Positions 24,401 to 36,564 of a stretch of DNA of 64,000 nt are shown piece after piece. Position 1 is the first letter of the stretch. Each line of letters begins with the position of its first letter. Where the stretch lies: assembly GCF_002571385.2 (NCBI RefSeq), contig NW_019218325.1, positions 16,642-80,641 on the forward strand. Direction: 5' to 3'. The DNA comes from Stylophora pistillata (Eukaryota). Below the pieces are notes generated by a model. That model worked only from the letters and a program-made list of their open reading frames with translations, made no database searches and was not told where the DNA came from. Position numbers and translations under genes: made by a program.

Positions 24401-27400
24401 AAAGAGTTAAATTAATGTGATACAATTGCTTGTTTAAAGAAGGTTGTTCCCAGGACATCTTCAACAATCCCAAGCATGCCGCAATTCCAGCTCTGCTGAA
24501 TGTTTTAAAGTTATAGATCATGTGACCACAAGATTCCAGGTCAAGATAAAAGAAGCACTACATATTTCCTGGGCGCAACCTTCTTTAAACAAGCAATTTT
24601 ATCACCTTAATTTAACTCTTTCGTTCTAATTAACACGTGACATTATACACTCTTTTGTTACCTTTTGTATTCTGTTAGTTTCAATAGCTTTTGTTTAGTA
24701 CTACATTATAAATTCAAATGTAACCTCAAATCAGTTCTACTCTCAACTGAAGATGGTCGTTGAATGACTAAAACATGTCTTATAAATTTAGTTTCAAATG
24801 TGTCGTTATTTTTATAAAAATTGCTGTCAGTCTGTTCCTTTCCAGACCTCTTGGAAATATAATCCATTATCCAAGTTATAAGAATACTCAACCAAAACTT
24901 GTGGTTTTTGTACAGACCAAGTGTAACGAGGTCCATGCAAAGACAGCCTCGGGGCCTCTGTTTAAGACTCACCCCAATCATAGTGTAGCACAGTAGGAAG
25001 AATAACAACTTGTTCAAAATTTCTGTATTGCAGTATTGTAGTGCAGCAGTAAAAAGAAAAATGCTGACAAAAATGAGTGATCACTATATGATAGTAGCAA
25101 GTAAACATTACACAAAGTTTACACATACCAAAGCTGTGATGGATGAAAACTTTGATGCCATCTCCCTGAGTACTGTGAGATTTTTCAAATCCCATAACTG
25201 CATTGGTCTGTCCTTAATTACAACAAGAAAATATTGCCTGCAAAAAAACATATATCTTATTAACCAAGTGCGAGGGCTGTACTGGGAGAATATCGGCCCG
25301 AGGTCTTGACAGTACGGACCGAGCGCAGCAAGGTCCGTACAAAAAAGACTGAGGGCAGATATTCTTCCAGTGCGGTCCCGAGCAAGCTTGGTTAATAAGA
25401 GATTTATTATACGACTGAAGTTCAAAGGGACACAAGTGTGGTATCATTCGGGATAATTCGGGACAGTGCCCGGTCCAATACTTAGAGAGTATTGGACCGG
25501 CAATAGCATTTTAATTGGTTGATTTTAGTTATTGGCCCTCTGACTGCCCGAGTCGTGGAATAAAAGTCAAATATTCCAAGAAAAACTACAAATATGGAAC
25601 AAAGAATTGAATTAGAAATTGCAGTTGAGACTTGGAAGTATTAAGTCTGCTTCTAAAATTTTAAAATAAATTTAAAGTAATTATTACCTAAGTTGAGAAA
25701 CTTTAACAGCCTCTACAGTTGATTCCTCAGCTGCTTTACCAAGTTCAATAGGTGTTGTTTGACCTGCAATTTGTAAACAATAAACAACACATATAATTGA
25801 TACAGGGAAATAAAAAATGTCTTGGTCAGAAAAAATTCGGTTCAAAAACACATTTCCTAAAACAGTTCAAGCGTATTCACACCAGTTTTTATGCTGACAA
25901 GTTGTAACTCATTTTTGGATGTACTCCCTGAGGCCTGGGCCCAAGAGAAAAAACTCTCCAAGCTACTCCATGTAATTCCTCTGAAACAGAAACAAAAAAT
26001 GTCATTAATTAAATTAAAAATTCCTAACACATTAAAAACTTGATGTGCAGTCCTCTGGAAAAGCCCCTAATAGAAATAGAATCGGGTAAAAACAAAGACA
26101 TCACCTTCCCTTACTACATGGTTGACAACCCTCCACTGAACAAAATAAACAAAAATTGTATAATTCATCTCCAATGTATTACCTCAAAGTCCCCCCTCCC
26201 AAAAATAGACTATTGCCTGAAATTAGTGGACAATTTATTACACCATGAAACATTGAAATAGGGGAAAGGGACAGGGAAATGAAAGTTATGACAAAAATAA
26301 TTAAAAAAGTAGTAGAGCGTGCAGCATGCATAGACTTTTGCCACTCATTGTAGCTCATTCTCCAAAGCTCAGCTCAGTGATGCATTATTCAAACTGAATT
26401 TTACTCAGAGTTGAAGTCAGTCAATATTCTTACTTCACTGCTCCAGTATGGATGGTATATTCCCGAGTAAGCAGGCCAGTACCAAGATTAAAAACTTGAA
26501 CACAACCTTGGCTGTTTCCTTTTCAAGAAAAAATTAACAATCATTTTTAAAAATTGGTGTTTTAAATGTGTTATTGAAAATCATACAAAGCAGAAGCAAA
26601 ATTGCAGAGTATAGCATATAATGAAGTCTCTTACCAACTGCTAATAAAGGCTTGTAACTTGCCCAGTTCTTAGTTGTCAATGGCGGACACATGACAGAGC
26701 AAGTCGGAGATGATACTACACTGGACAGGGCTGCCATGATAAACTTGTAATGAACAGAATTTTGAATGACATTTCCAGATGTAAGAGGAGGAGGAATCAC
26801 ATCAGAAAGTGTCAAGTTAGGATTGACATGACACTGTAGCTGTTCAGAGTCTGTGTTGCATGGCAGTGAAGCTTTCAAAGCTTCTTCTGACAAGACTGAT
26901 GCTTCTCCTTGAAGCCTTTTAGCCTTCAATTCCCATATGATCATCCTTCCATCACTAATCAGAAGGGCAACTTTCCGTTCACTTGTTGGACAGCACATGA
27001 AGCCAAAGAGCCGGCTTGATTTGCCGAGACGCAGTGGATCTGACTGGCATTTGTTTTCATAAATGATGTCCACAGATGAATTGGTATCATTACTCCTTTC
27101 ATCAGGTTCAAAAAAGTAAGGATTGTTCTCTACCCGTCTACGCACTCGCATAATAACACTGCCATTCTCATGTAAACACATGAGGACATCGCGTTGTTGA
27201 CAAGGGATGACTTGTAGAAAAGAAGGGCTGTTTCTCTCCAGGCTAAAAGAGCAAACTGCCTGGTTGATTTCCATATCTAAGATCATTACTTCCCTTGGAA
27301 ACAATGCTAGAAGATGGTGATGAGCAGAAGAAAGGTACGCCAGCTGAAGACAGTCACTCAAAGCAACACTTTCTTCTCCAGCTCTGAAATAGAAAAAGGC

Positions 27401-29638
27401 AAGAAACAGGGCTTCATTATCCAAAAGACATGTTGACCAAATGTGCTGTCCCCAAAAATTAGTTCTAGCTTTTATTCATTCACTTGTTCACCTAATGGCT
27501 GGGACAGTAACTGATATAAGGCATGAAATTTTACTCTTATAATATCTACCAGAGCTTGTATTTATGATGAATGCAAACTGAAAAAAAAAAAAACCAATAC
27601 CAGCAATAATGCTGAGAAAAGAGAGGGGGAGGGGGGGGGGTTTCAGGAAATGTAAACTACCTTTCCCAACAGGGATAGTGCCTGAAGACCCCTTCAGTTT
27701 TATAACTTGTATGCTTTGTTGAAAGACTCCTAGAGATAAGAAAGACAAAACATATAAATTCTACCTGTTTTTGGAATCGCCTCCTCCCCATAGCCTCATC
27801 CTGGAGAGTGCAGACTTGGGTGTGGCTGGTTTATTTGTGTTCTTGCTATCTGGGCCAACAGTTGGTGAGCCAACAAAACTGCCACTGGGTGATGCTGAGC
27901 CAGAGCTTGTCAGGTAGAACTTACGGCCATTGCTTTCTGGGGCTTTGCCAATGGAAAAGTCATTGATGAAGAGAATCCAGTCCTGACACATCACTGAAAG
28001 TAGAACGAGACAAAATTAATTGTCTTTTGTCAATTTTTGGGAATAAATCTTCCTGGTGTATATGCTCAGCAAAACTGTTGCATAAACTTAGAAAAACTGC
28101 ATTTTATTAATTTCCACAGACTTAATTACAAGTTAACTGATTCAAAGTGTTAGCTAGGCATCAGAGATGCAGCCAGCCATCAAGTTTTGACAGCTTAATT
28201 GCCCTATTTTGTATCCAAACATTGAGAATACTTTCCAATTACTTTTCATTTCTCTCCTGGTACTACCTTTTTCAAGGAAAACCTTTCTGATTTCACACAA
28301 GGAAAGCAAGATGGCAATTCACTTTTAACAAAGGCCATATTTACATCAGATGCACCACTAAAATGTTTTAAGTGACCTCAATGCAGCCTTGTTATTGGAC
28401 AACTGCAGTTCATGAAGTCTGACCTGTGTATGATATGCATTCATAAGCTTAAAATTCCAACTTACAGGTGACATTTGAAGGTATGAAAGGATCAAAAGCA
28501 AAGCAAAGCAAAGCTTCTTGAAAGGTCTTTTTCCACAGTTTTGTACCAGTATCAGCATTCCAGAGGATCATTGATGATGGAGCATGGAGAACTGCCAATA
28601 GATCATGACAGGCATCTTGAGTTCCAAGCCATTCTAGATCAAGAATTGGTCTGTTTCCATCTGAGAACTCAGTCACTGCAGTCCCTTGAGAAATGTCCCA
28701 GACAATGACATTACCAGATGTATCTCCAGAGGCAAGACGTAGGATATATGGCGAGTTGCTGTCGTGATGGTAATTATCACGTGCCCATTTCACCTAAAAT
28801 TAAACAAGGGAAAAGTGGAAACATTTTTACAGATAACAACAATTTCAATAAAACAAGGAAAACATCTCTTGAGGAATCACTCGGGAGAAATGTAAGCTAT
28901 TAAGATAGAAATTTACCTACCTTTGTGCAAGGGGCAGTGTGCAGGGTCAGCGTTTGAATAACCTGCCAAGAAAGTAAAAAGTGAAGATGATCTTGCACAA
29001 ACTTAGACACAGAAATTTCTTTCCAAGCTACAGATCGGAACTAAAAATGATTAGAAGATAAACTGATTATCCTCACCTGAACTGATTTGGGATCAAAGAC
29101 AACCACAAAGTTCTGACAACCATAGGCTATAAGTGACTGTCGTCCCCTTAAAAGCAAACAAAAAAAAATGACAACAAACTTTTCCAACTTTTCTGATGAA
29201 ATGATATCTTCTTAGAATTAGCCAACAAAATAATATGCAAATTCGAGGGAAAATTTTAGTGTAATATTTGAAAGGGATCTATACTTAATTGCTTGCGGTT
29301 TAATATTTACATCACACCGTCATAATTAGCGCAGGATTTTATATGAATCTATTGGGATAGGAAGCAATCACAGTCAAGAGATAACCAGGGTCCTTGCCCT
29401 TCTTTCTCTACATCATAGATACGTCCACCACAGCTCAAGGCTTTAAAGTTTTTAAATACAAAAGTTACCAAGAACGTCACTACTTGTGATCGATGTTTGA
29501 TCTGTACATTGTAAAATAATGGGTTCAATATGTTCAAATTGTACACTGAAGGAAACCCGGCCAGCTGACTCACCAGTCACAAGCTCCTCTGTTATGACCG
29601 TGAAGAGCACCGGGCAAAACTCGAGGCGACAGCTTCAT
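15452..29638 (-). CDS. WDR11: WD repeat-containing protein 11 (over 20 exons; first 29574-29638, last 15452-15579)
   Basis: N-terminus MKLSPRVLPGALHGHNRGACDWGRQSLIAYGC, then KWARDNYHH...LRLASGD, CPPLTTKN, LYGDESE..FWEVALHFL, SSGASQSTIKLVATNLIASG, EGVQLLCLIDKGLDACRYLQTYGEW and SMRYFDRAALF. These match recalled WDR11 sequence, and splice sites are consistent. Confidence 0.96.
15580..15886 (-). other. U12-type (minor spliceosome) GT-AG intron, last intron of WDR11
   Basis: 5' site GTATCCTTTT; branch point TCCTTAAC 13 nt before the exon; no polypyrimidine tract. Confidence 0.92.
16236..16675. mobile_element. Foldback MITE with ~190-bp inverted arms
   Basis: aataggccttttgcag.tagagatcacg...aatcaacagcttcc is mirrored by ggaagctgttgatt...cgtgatctcta.ctgcaaaaggcctatt. 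Confidence 0.92.
16868..17266. mobile_element. ~200-bp TTAACCC...GGGTTAA MITE family member carrying a nested hairpin insertion
   Basis: Family body (gatctg.tt.ttaattctc.cttc.agctgcta...tgtttgctg..taatgtatg) also occurs at ~7330-7530 and 52996-53510, with more diverged relatives at ~11025-11225, 21340-21540, 35375-35535, 44870-45065 and 62245-62435. Confidence 0.75.
19302..19572 (-). mobile_element. tRNA-headed SINE (family B), 3' end cut by an assembly n
   Basis: Near-identical to 7031-7311; n at 19301. Confidence 0.88.
22850..23176 (+). mobile_element. Interspersed ~320-bp repeat with an internal palindromic end (family C)
   Basis: ttattaaccaag...cttggttaataa palindromic block. An inverted copy lies at 25250-25562 and a related copy at ~35000-35330. 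Confidence 0.8.
23759..23872 (+). repeat. 29-bp minisatellite x4 (gaaacactagtgctgatgagatgagaggt)
   Basis: Four near-perfect direct copies in a WDR11 intron. Confidence 0.95.
24191..24858 (+). mobile_element. Penelope-like retroelement 3' remnant with inverted pseudo-LTRs, GIY-YIG C-terminus and hammerhead motifs
   Basis: ORF HLQQSQACRNSSSAECFKVIDHVTTRFQVKIKEALHISWAQPSLNKQ resembles the PLE endonuclease tail. ~260-bp inverted arms, a CTGAAGA-stem-GAAAC motif, and a flanking 12-bp direct repeat ataatccattat. Confidence 0.85.
25250..25562 (-). mobile_element. Interspersed repeat family C, inverted relative to 22850-23176
   Basis: Reverse-complement similarity along the whole length; the spurious ORFs MNFSRIINLLLTK and MNFSHIINLLLTK match. 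Confidence 0.85.
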
Positions 29639-30748
29639 GGTCGTTAAAATTGCCTTGCAACCAGTTACATAGGAATAAAAAAAAGTGCACAATGATCGGG
29701 TTTTGTAAAAGATGTGAGATCTCGACTCAGTAATCCTTAATTAAACTCTGGGACCACCTCTCATTTCCGCCATTTTGGTTCCTGTTTCTTATTTGCGATA
29801 AATTATATAGATTCGTACACGAAATAACCTATATTTCTTTGTAACCGCTGGTCAGTAAAAATTCAAACTGTCTTTAGGGATGGGTAGGAGGGTGATAACA
29901 AATTACTTCAAATTTCCTAAAATTATCTATATTTAGAATGTAGTAGCCAGAGTAATTTTTAAAATGTACCAAGATAAAATATAAAATCTAGGAAAGTCGA
30001 GAAGAGGTGATGTACTCTTCATTGTTGTTAGTGTCACTACCTTTCCATACCCTGGAAGGGATAGCTTTGTACTGTTTGTGATGGCGCGAATTTCTAAAGC
30101 CCCGCGTCTAGCGAGAAGGATCAACATCTAGCTGCTAGAAAGGTTATGCTGTATAATGCCAGTCTTTTATGCAAAGATATCGTCTAACTGTGGCCTTATA
30201 AAAGGACAGAAGGGTCTTTTGTCACTGCTGGTAATCCTGCAAACGTCTGACCGACATGGTTAAAGTTCAAAACATCGTCTTGGATGTTTTATCTCAGATT
30301 TGTTAAGGTAACCTCTGACTGTGGCAAGAGGCTGTTAAGTCACTTTTTTTTTTTTACACCAATCCTTTTTATTTGTGTAACTCCGAATTATTTTGTTATA
30401 TCATATAACGATTAATTTTCGTGAAAGACTTCCTAAATGACTTCCTTTTAATCCTTGGGGAGTTAATATGATATCTCACAGGTATTTAAAGATAAGTACT
30501 TGCAATTCAGAGGGTTAAGAGCAAAGTAACCATTGTATTTTGTTGAAACCCTTTCAGCGCTTATTTTCAGGAATGATCGTGCACTAACGGTTGCTAACAG
30601 CAAAAGACTAGGTGTTTGTTTTTCACACAACGAAGTTTTGTTAGTCGCTTAAAAAGTCGATAGAAGGAGATAACTCTGTTGGATTTTTTTATTGTTTACA
30701 AATGACGAAGCAGTCCTTAAACAACTCAGCTGATGTGGTCTCATAACA
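29639..30748. promoter_or_regulatory. Divergent WDR11/FANK1 promoter and 5'UTR region
   Basis: Head-to-head genes; CpG-richer than flanking gene bodies; YY1-like ccgccatttt at ~29767; possible FANK1 5' exon ending at aag|gtaac near 30307. Confidence 0.55.
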
Positions 30749-33700
30749 ATGTCAGGTAAGACTTGATGAATTTATTTGTCAGAATGCAGAACCAAAAACC
30801 AGAGTCCCATATGAGGATTAGAAATTTAAAGCCCATTAGACTGGAAAAAATGTTCTTCCTCGTAGCCGTAGAAAAAAAGGCTCATTTCATGTTAAAACCT
30901 CCTTACATTAGCATCATTGATGTTTCATCGTTCAACTAGCCTCATCCTTAAAAGAAACGCTTTGAAAGGGTGGTTTAATATCCTCGATCTCACGGGATAA
31001 GGAATTAAAATTAACTTTCTTAAATTGTACTTTGTGGCTATTGGTTTTCCTTAGTTTGATATTTCTCAAACATGTTATGTTTTGTTTCAGTATTAGTTGA
31101 ACCATTACATACTTTTTAATCATCTAATTGAATTTGAGATTGTCAATGGATTTTTTTGTCTAGTTTTAATCAGTTTTCTGGTGTAAAGGCAAGCTGACAA
31201 AGTTTCTGCCACTTGAAATATTTCCTTTTTTTATTTTTTCTGTACATACACAGCGCCTGAGAAGCCAGCTCCTCCTGTGGTTGGAAAGGTTACATCCAAC
31301 AGCATTGAGCTGTACTGGGATCAGGCAGCAGGCACTGAAGACAGCTCAGGAGGGAGGCTACGTTACTGTGTACAGGAAGAAGAAGAAGAGGCAAGGAAAG
31401 GATTTGGAAATGTCTACAAGTATGGAGCCATTTACTTTTTTCTATGTGACAGTATATAGAAAAATTTTCAATCGAGTTTCAAAAGTAAGCTGTGATTGCT
31501 TTGTTCTTGCTTTACTTTATTCTGGGAATGGTCTAGGAAACTGGTGCCATCCTCTCAACCAAGCAGATACAAAACCAAAACCAATTACTACTTGGTTGCT
31601 GGCATTTTTATGTGCGTTAGGCAGTTTGATTAGTTTTAGTTTGAGTTCTCACAGGCTCTATAAGTATTTTCCTTTCTTCTGATTGACCATTATGTTAAGG
31701 CACTTAATTGAAAAGTGCTCTCTCCTTAATTGATTGATAATTGTCTCATGTTTGCAAACAATCGAGCAACTTTGACTGTAACCACTTTGTGGATTGTGTT
31801 GAATTAGTTTTATGCAGTATTTACTGATATAGATTTTTATTTCTGTTATTTTAATAGTTTATTTATTCCATCAAACAAAACATATACAATATTATTTACA
31901 AAAAATGGTTAAAAAAATACATAAAAATTACAAAAGATGTAGATTTTTTTATGTTAGTAATAGACTCTTACGACTTCAATGAAAATTTTTATGGTCCCTC
32001 AGTGGCTTTGCCAAAAGCAATGAGTTCAGAGGCCTGGAGCAAAACAAGACTTATCGCTATCGCCTTCGAATAAGTAATGATAATGGGCACAGCCCATGGA
32101 GTCAGGTGATATCTGTTACTACTACAAGTAAGTAACAAAGTCATGTCTTATTGCACTCGGGTTAGTCGGCATTAAGGACAATACTAGTTGATATGTAACT
32201 TTTGATCTATTGACAGAAGATAGCATTTATTTTATGATGCTTTTTTAATAATTCTTGAAACACAGTGTAACTGCATGTGATTGCAGCAGTGTTTTTCTTT
32301 CGAAATTCATCGACAATACATAGCATTTAGACAGGAGGAGAATTTAAGAGCATTAAGAATTTTTACAAGGTTGTAAGCACTTAATAAATGACTGTGACCA
32401 TGTCTTTAGTGAAAACTTGGCAGGCATAATTACATGATGTTGACAATTTTTTCGAAGATAATAATGATAACTGCTTTATTACTTAGTTCTTAGTTCTTAG
32501 TAAGCAGCTCCATCATTATGGAATGCTTTGCCAAGTGAAATTAGAAATGCTCAGTCTGTGTCTGTTTTTAAAAGTAGATTAAAAACTTTTCTTTTTAGTA
32601 AAGCCTTTTATAATTAATTTTAGCTTTCTTAAGTGTTAATGTTAAAGTTTTTGTAGGCGCCTTTGAACAGTAGGATACTGGCGCGGTATAAATCTTTCAT
32701 TATTATTACTATTATTATTATTGTTATTGATTAATTGCAATCTGGACGGCCAAAAAAAGAGGAAAATCATGTACTGGAGTGATGAGTGGTAAACTCTTTT
32801 GTTTTGTGCAGAAATTCCATTTTCCGGTCATGACCTTCATAGAGCAGTCCTTAACTGGGAAGTTGAAAAAGTCATATCAATTCTTGAAGAAAGGTTGGTA
32901 GACTCTGTGATTAACTTTTAAAGTAGTTCATGATGGCATTTATTAAAGAATTGCACAATTTTCTAACATCAGGAGCAGTAAATTTGAGTTTACTCTATTT
33001 ATTCTTGAATTTAATTAGTACTGAAACCATAGTTGATTGTCCTAATGCATATGGAATGTCCCCTCTGATGATTGCTGCTCAAAAGGGTTACACAAGGTTA
33101 GTGTTCATTAGGAGGTGATCAGATACTATGGTGAGTTATTGAGAAAATGTTTGCATGGGAGCCAAAGCATATTCTGTGAAAAGTAAGGCAAAGTCTATAG
33201 TTGAGCCAAGTGGTTCACCTGGAAGGGGCATATCCTGATTTCCTCAAGGCATGAAGCAAGTAGGAGGACCTGTCCACTACTCTCCTATGGATGGGATGCC
33301 AGTGTATCTCAAGGTTACCCCTCAGCATTTCACCTGGCTTCTCTGACAATTTGCTGGTACCCATTTGTACTCCTGAATGGAGAGAGTCAATGTGAGAGTA
33401 AAGTGTTGTAACCCAAGAGCATAACACATTGAATTGGTTGAGGCTAAATTCAAACTTGGACTTCTGGACCCTCAGTCCAATTCACTGACCAGTAGGGCAC
33501 CATGTCTCCCATTTTCCAGAAATGACTACTAAAATTCTACTAGAAACTGCTTTATTTTGGAAGAGAACCTAATCAGTCTTTTTCATATATAGTTTGGTTC
33601 TAGCATCAGCCCTTTGTTGGAACATTTTACTCTGACAAAGGGCTAATTAATGCCCAAAACATCAGCTTTGGATTCAACTCTTTACTGTGGCCAATTTGTA

Positions 33701-36564
33701 TTAACGAGTTGAACTCAGTTGATAAAAAACCAAAATATCATATTGTACCCCCACCAATGTAGCACCATAGTTTCTATGGAAACCTACCTCCTTTATTCAT
33801 TTTTGCCAGATACATGTGTTAGAAGGTGCACTCAATATTTTATTAATATTTTTTTTCTTCAGCATTGTTTCAACTTTGATTGAACACAAAGCTGATGTCA
33901 ACTACTCCAACACAAGTGGAAAAAACAGGTGATTTGATAACTAATTAACTCAACAGCTAGTGGCAGATCTGATCCAGTAATGGAAACAGCTTGATATATA
34001 TGTACATGATATAATTTTTTTTTATGCTATATAAACTATATTTTGCAAGTTACTTTCGATTATAAATTAAAATTCATTTGTATTTACTGCAGTGACTATT
34101 TTTGAATATTATAGTATGATGTTGGCCTGTGCTGGTGGTCACATCAATGTAGCTGCTAAGCTGTTTGAAAAAGGAGCATCACTAGATAATAAAGACAATG
34201 GTGGCTCTTGTTGTCTTCACTGGGCAGTAGAAGGTGGTAACACAGGCTGCATACAATGGCTGTTGGACAATGGAATCCATGTATGACCATTCCTGTATAA
34301 AAAAAAATAATAATGTTTGATTGATGTCAGATTGCATCATCAATTCATTACCAACAGTAAATGCTTTGTATCCCATCCAGCTGTAGTTTTTCCTGCAGAT
34401 CAGGGGACACTTGTGCTTTTCAGTTGATGAAGGGAAGTGTAAGTTGAGCCCAAGGATGAGTCATGTGAGAGAGGCAGAGCTAAAAAATTACATTTTTTTT
34501 ACTTTTATATCCTGTGTATCTCCCACTCTTCCAGAGCATGACTCACCTTATTTGCTCACCTTGCACCTTGGCTGATTAAGAGGCAAAAAAAGTTATAGCA
34601 GTTCTTCACATTGTAAATGAGGCCCTGCAAAATAAGTGTATTGTTTGTCCAACAACAACAGTGTTTTGTCGCCTACCCTGAAGTTTCAACAACCTTTCTT
34701 TTAAGTAGTGCTTCCTCCACACTTCTCTATGGTGCAACTCCACAATCTGTTATCAATGATACATAAACTTGTCAGGATTAATTTATCAGTGGAAGCATTG
34801 GAGGATAATTCATTGTTTGCAATGTTCTCAACAGGTTGATATTGAAGATGATTTTGGTTGTTCGCCATTGATAAGACTTGGTACGGAGTTGTGAAAAAAA
34901 AATTGTAGCTTTTATTTTCCAATGCAAATTTTTAATTTGGTATGTTCTTATTACTAATATTTCTCCCATCAGCAGTGAAAGGGGTTGAGTCATTATTATT
35001 TATTAACCGAGCGGGAGGTCTGTATGTGAGAATCTTGACCGAGGTCGCCAGTACAGACCGAACGCAGTGAGGTCTAAACTAGTGACCGAGGTCAAGATTC
35101 TCCCATACAGACCGGCCTCTCTCGGTTAATAAGATGTTTGTTATATGGCTGTGTCTTATATGCCAATTTTTGGCATTCTTTGTACCTTTTTTTTCTAAAC
35201 TGGTCTAGATGCCAGTCTAGATGGGAAAATCTAGACCGCTTTCAATATTGATTTCTGCCAATCAAATTCGTGAATTGGGTCGTTCCCAGTCCTTGTGAGA
35301 CGCAGCCATATAATAATTATAGATATCGAAGTTAGACGCATGACTTCCACCCAAGTCTTCAATTTCTCTATTATCATCACCCTTGAATCAATTATTAATG
35401 TCATGAGAATAAGGGAAATGATCACCAGTTTAGGAAGCTCCTGATCGCCAATTACATTCTCCTTGTCAGTAGCAAAGAAAATGTAAAGAGAACAGTATGG
35501 AGAATATGATTATACCAACCTAGGGTGTAACTGGTCAATGTCATATTCTTAGTCACCAAGTCTTGCTATGCTGATGCACAACTTTGAACTGGAAAGATGT
35601 AGATTTGGAATCTTATCAAATATGAAAAGGAGGGAAGACATTTTAAACTGTCTCACCATGTTTTTGGTGAAATGTCCCAGCAAATTTTCTTAATTATTCA
35701 TGGTTTTCATATGGGTTATACAAATCCAGAATTGAAAATCATACTAATCCGATTAAGTTAGCTCCAAGCTATGGAAGACTAAACTTTAACCTGTTGAAAA
35801 TTCTGTAATTTCTTTTGTAGCCTGTATGAATGGAAATGTTGAGGTGGCCAAGATTTTGATTGACAATGGGGCAGATGTGAACAAAAAAGACAAAATGAAG
35901 AAATCTGCTTTGATGGTATTGATATTTTTTGACAGCTTGGCGTAGATTTTCCATATCATATTAACTACTTTCAAACATTGATTTGAATTCTTTATTATTT
36001 GTTACGTTTGTTTAGGCTGCTGCAACAAATGGTAAAATTGATTTGATTAAGGTACTGGTGGAAAAAGGGGCAGATGTATATGCTGAAAATGAGGTTTGTA
36101 TGTCCTTTTTATCTAGTTGGGGAAGAGATTGTGGAAGTGCAAGGAAATATGAATACGTTTTTCTCTTCATTTACTATGTTGATTTTAACCAGCTATGGCT
36201 AAAATGTGGCATATATCATTAATTTCAATTTTTCTCTTTTTTCCCTCAGTACTATAATTTTTTCTTTTACATTTTATGTTTCCCTTTTTTTTTTTGTTTT
36301 TTTATAGTTTGGTCACAGAGCTGTTGATTTTTCGGAGACGTTTGGCAAAAAGGTGTGTCTATATTATGGAAAGTAAGCTCACATAATATTACAGTTACGG
36401 TGGCACAAACTGCCTTGCTCGTCACTTTAGAACTCTACTCTCTGCTCATATTAAGTCTGACATCAATGCTTTTGTCTCGCCCGTTCTAATCAACTCCGTT
36501 ACAGGAAGTTGAAAGCTATCTTAAAGAAGTAATGGAAGGAACTGGTACAGATGGTAAAGCTTAA
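30749..36564 (+). CDS. FANK1: Fibronectin type III and ankyrin repeat domain protein 1; exons ~30749-30755, 31254-31419, 32003-32127, 32812-32892, 33019-33096, 33863-33928, 34115-34260, 34835-34880, 35821-35915, 36016-36093, 36308-36352, 36505-36564
   Basis: KPAPPVVGKVTSNSIELYWD, FN3 YRYRLRI, DLHRAV, SPLMIAAQKGYT, MMLACAGGH, CLHWAVEGG, AKILIDNGADVN. The domain order and motifs match FANK1. The 7-nt first exon is tentative. Confidence 0.93.
32490..32730 (+). mobile_element. L2-type LINE 3' end with (ATT)n tail
   Basis: Translates as ..AAPSLWNALPSEIRNAQSVSVFKSRLKTFLFSKAF, followed by a 3'UTR and attattattatt. A similar remnant lies at ~53060-53390. Confidence 0.75.
33203..33510 (-). mobile_element. 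Old tRNA-headed SINE with CORE/Nin-like central domain
   Basis: Minus strand has a degenerate tRNA head, then gtgttatgctcttggg...cactttactctcaca...aaatgggtaccagcaaa...ggcatcccatcca. Confidence 0.7.
33590..33800 (+). mobile_element. Decayed Penelope-derived non-autonomous element (same family as 58861-59103)
   Basis: tctgacaaagggctaa...aaacatcagct...gtggccaattt...cccccaccaa.g.agc.cca..agtttct..gaaac. Confidence 0.65.
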
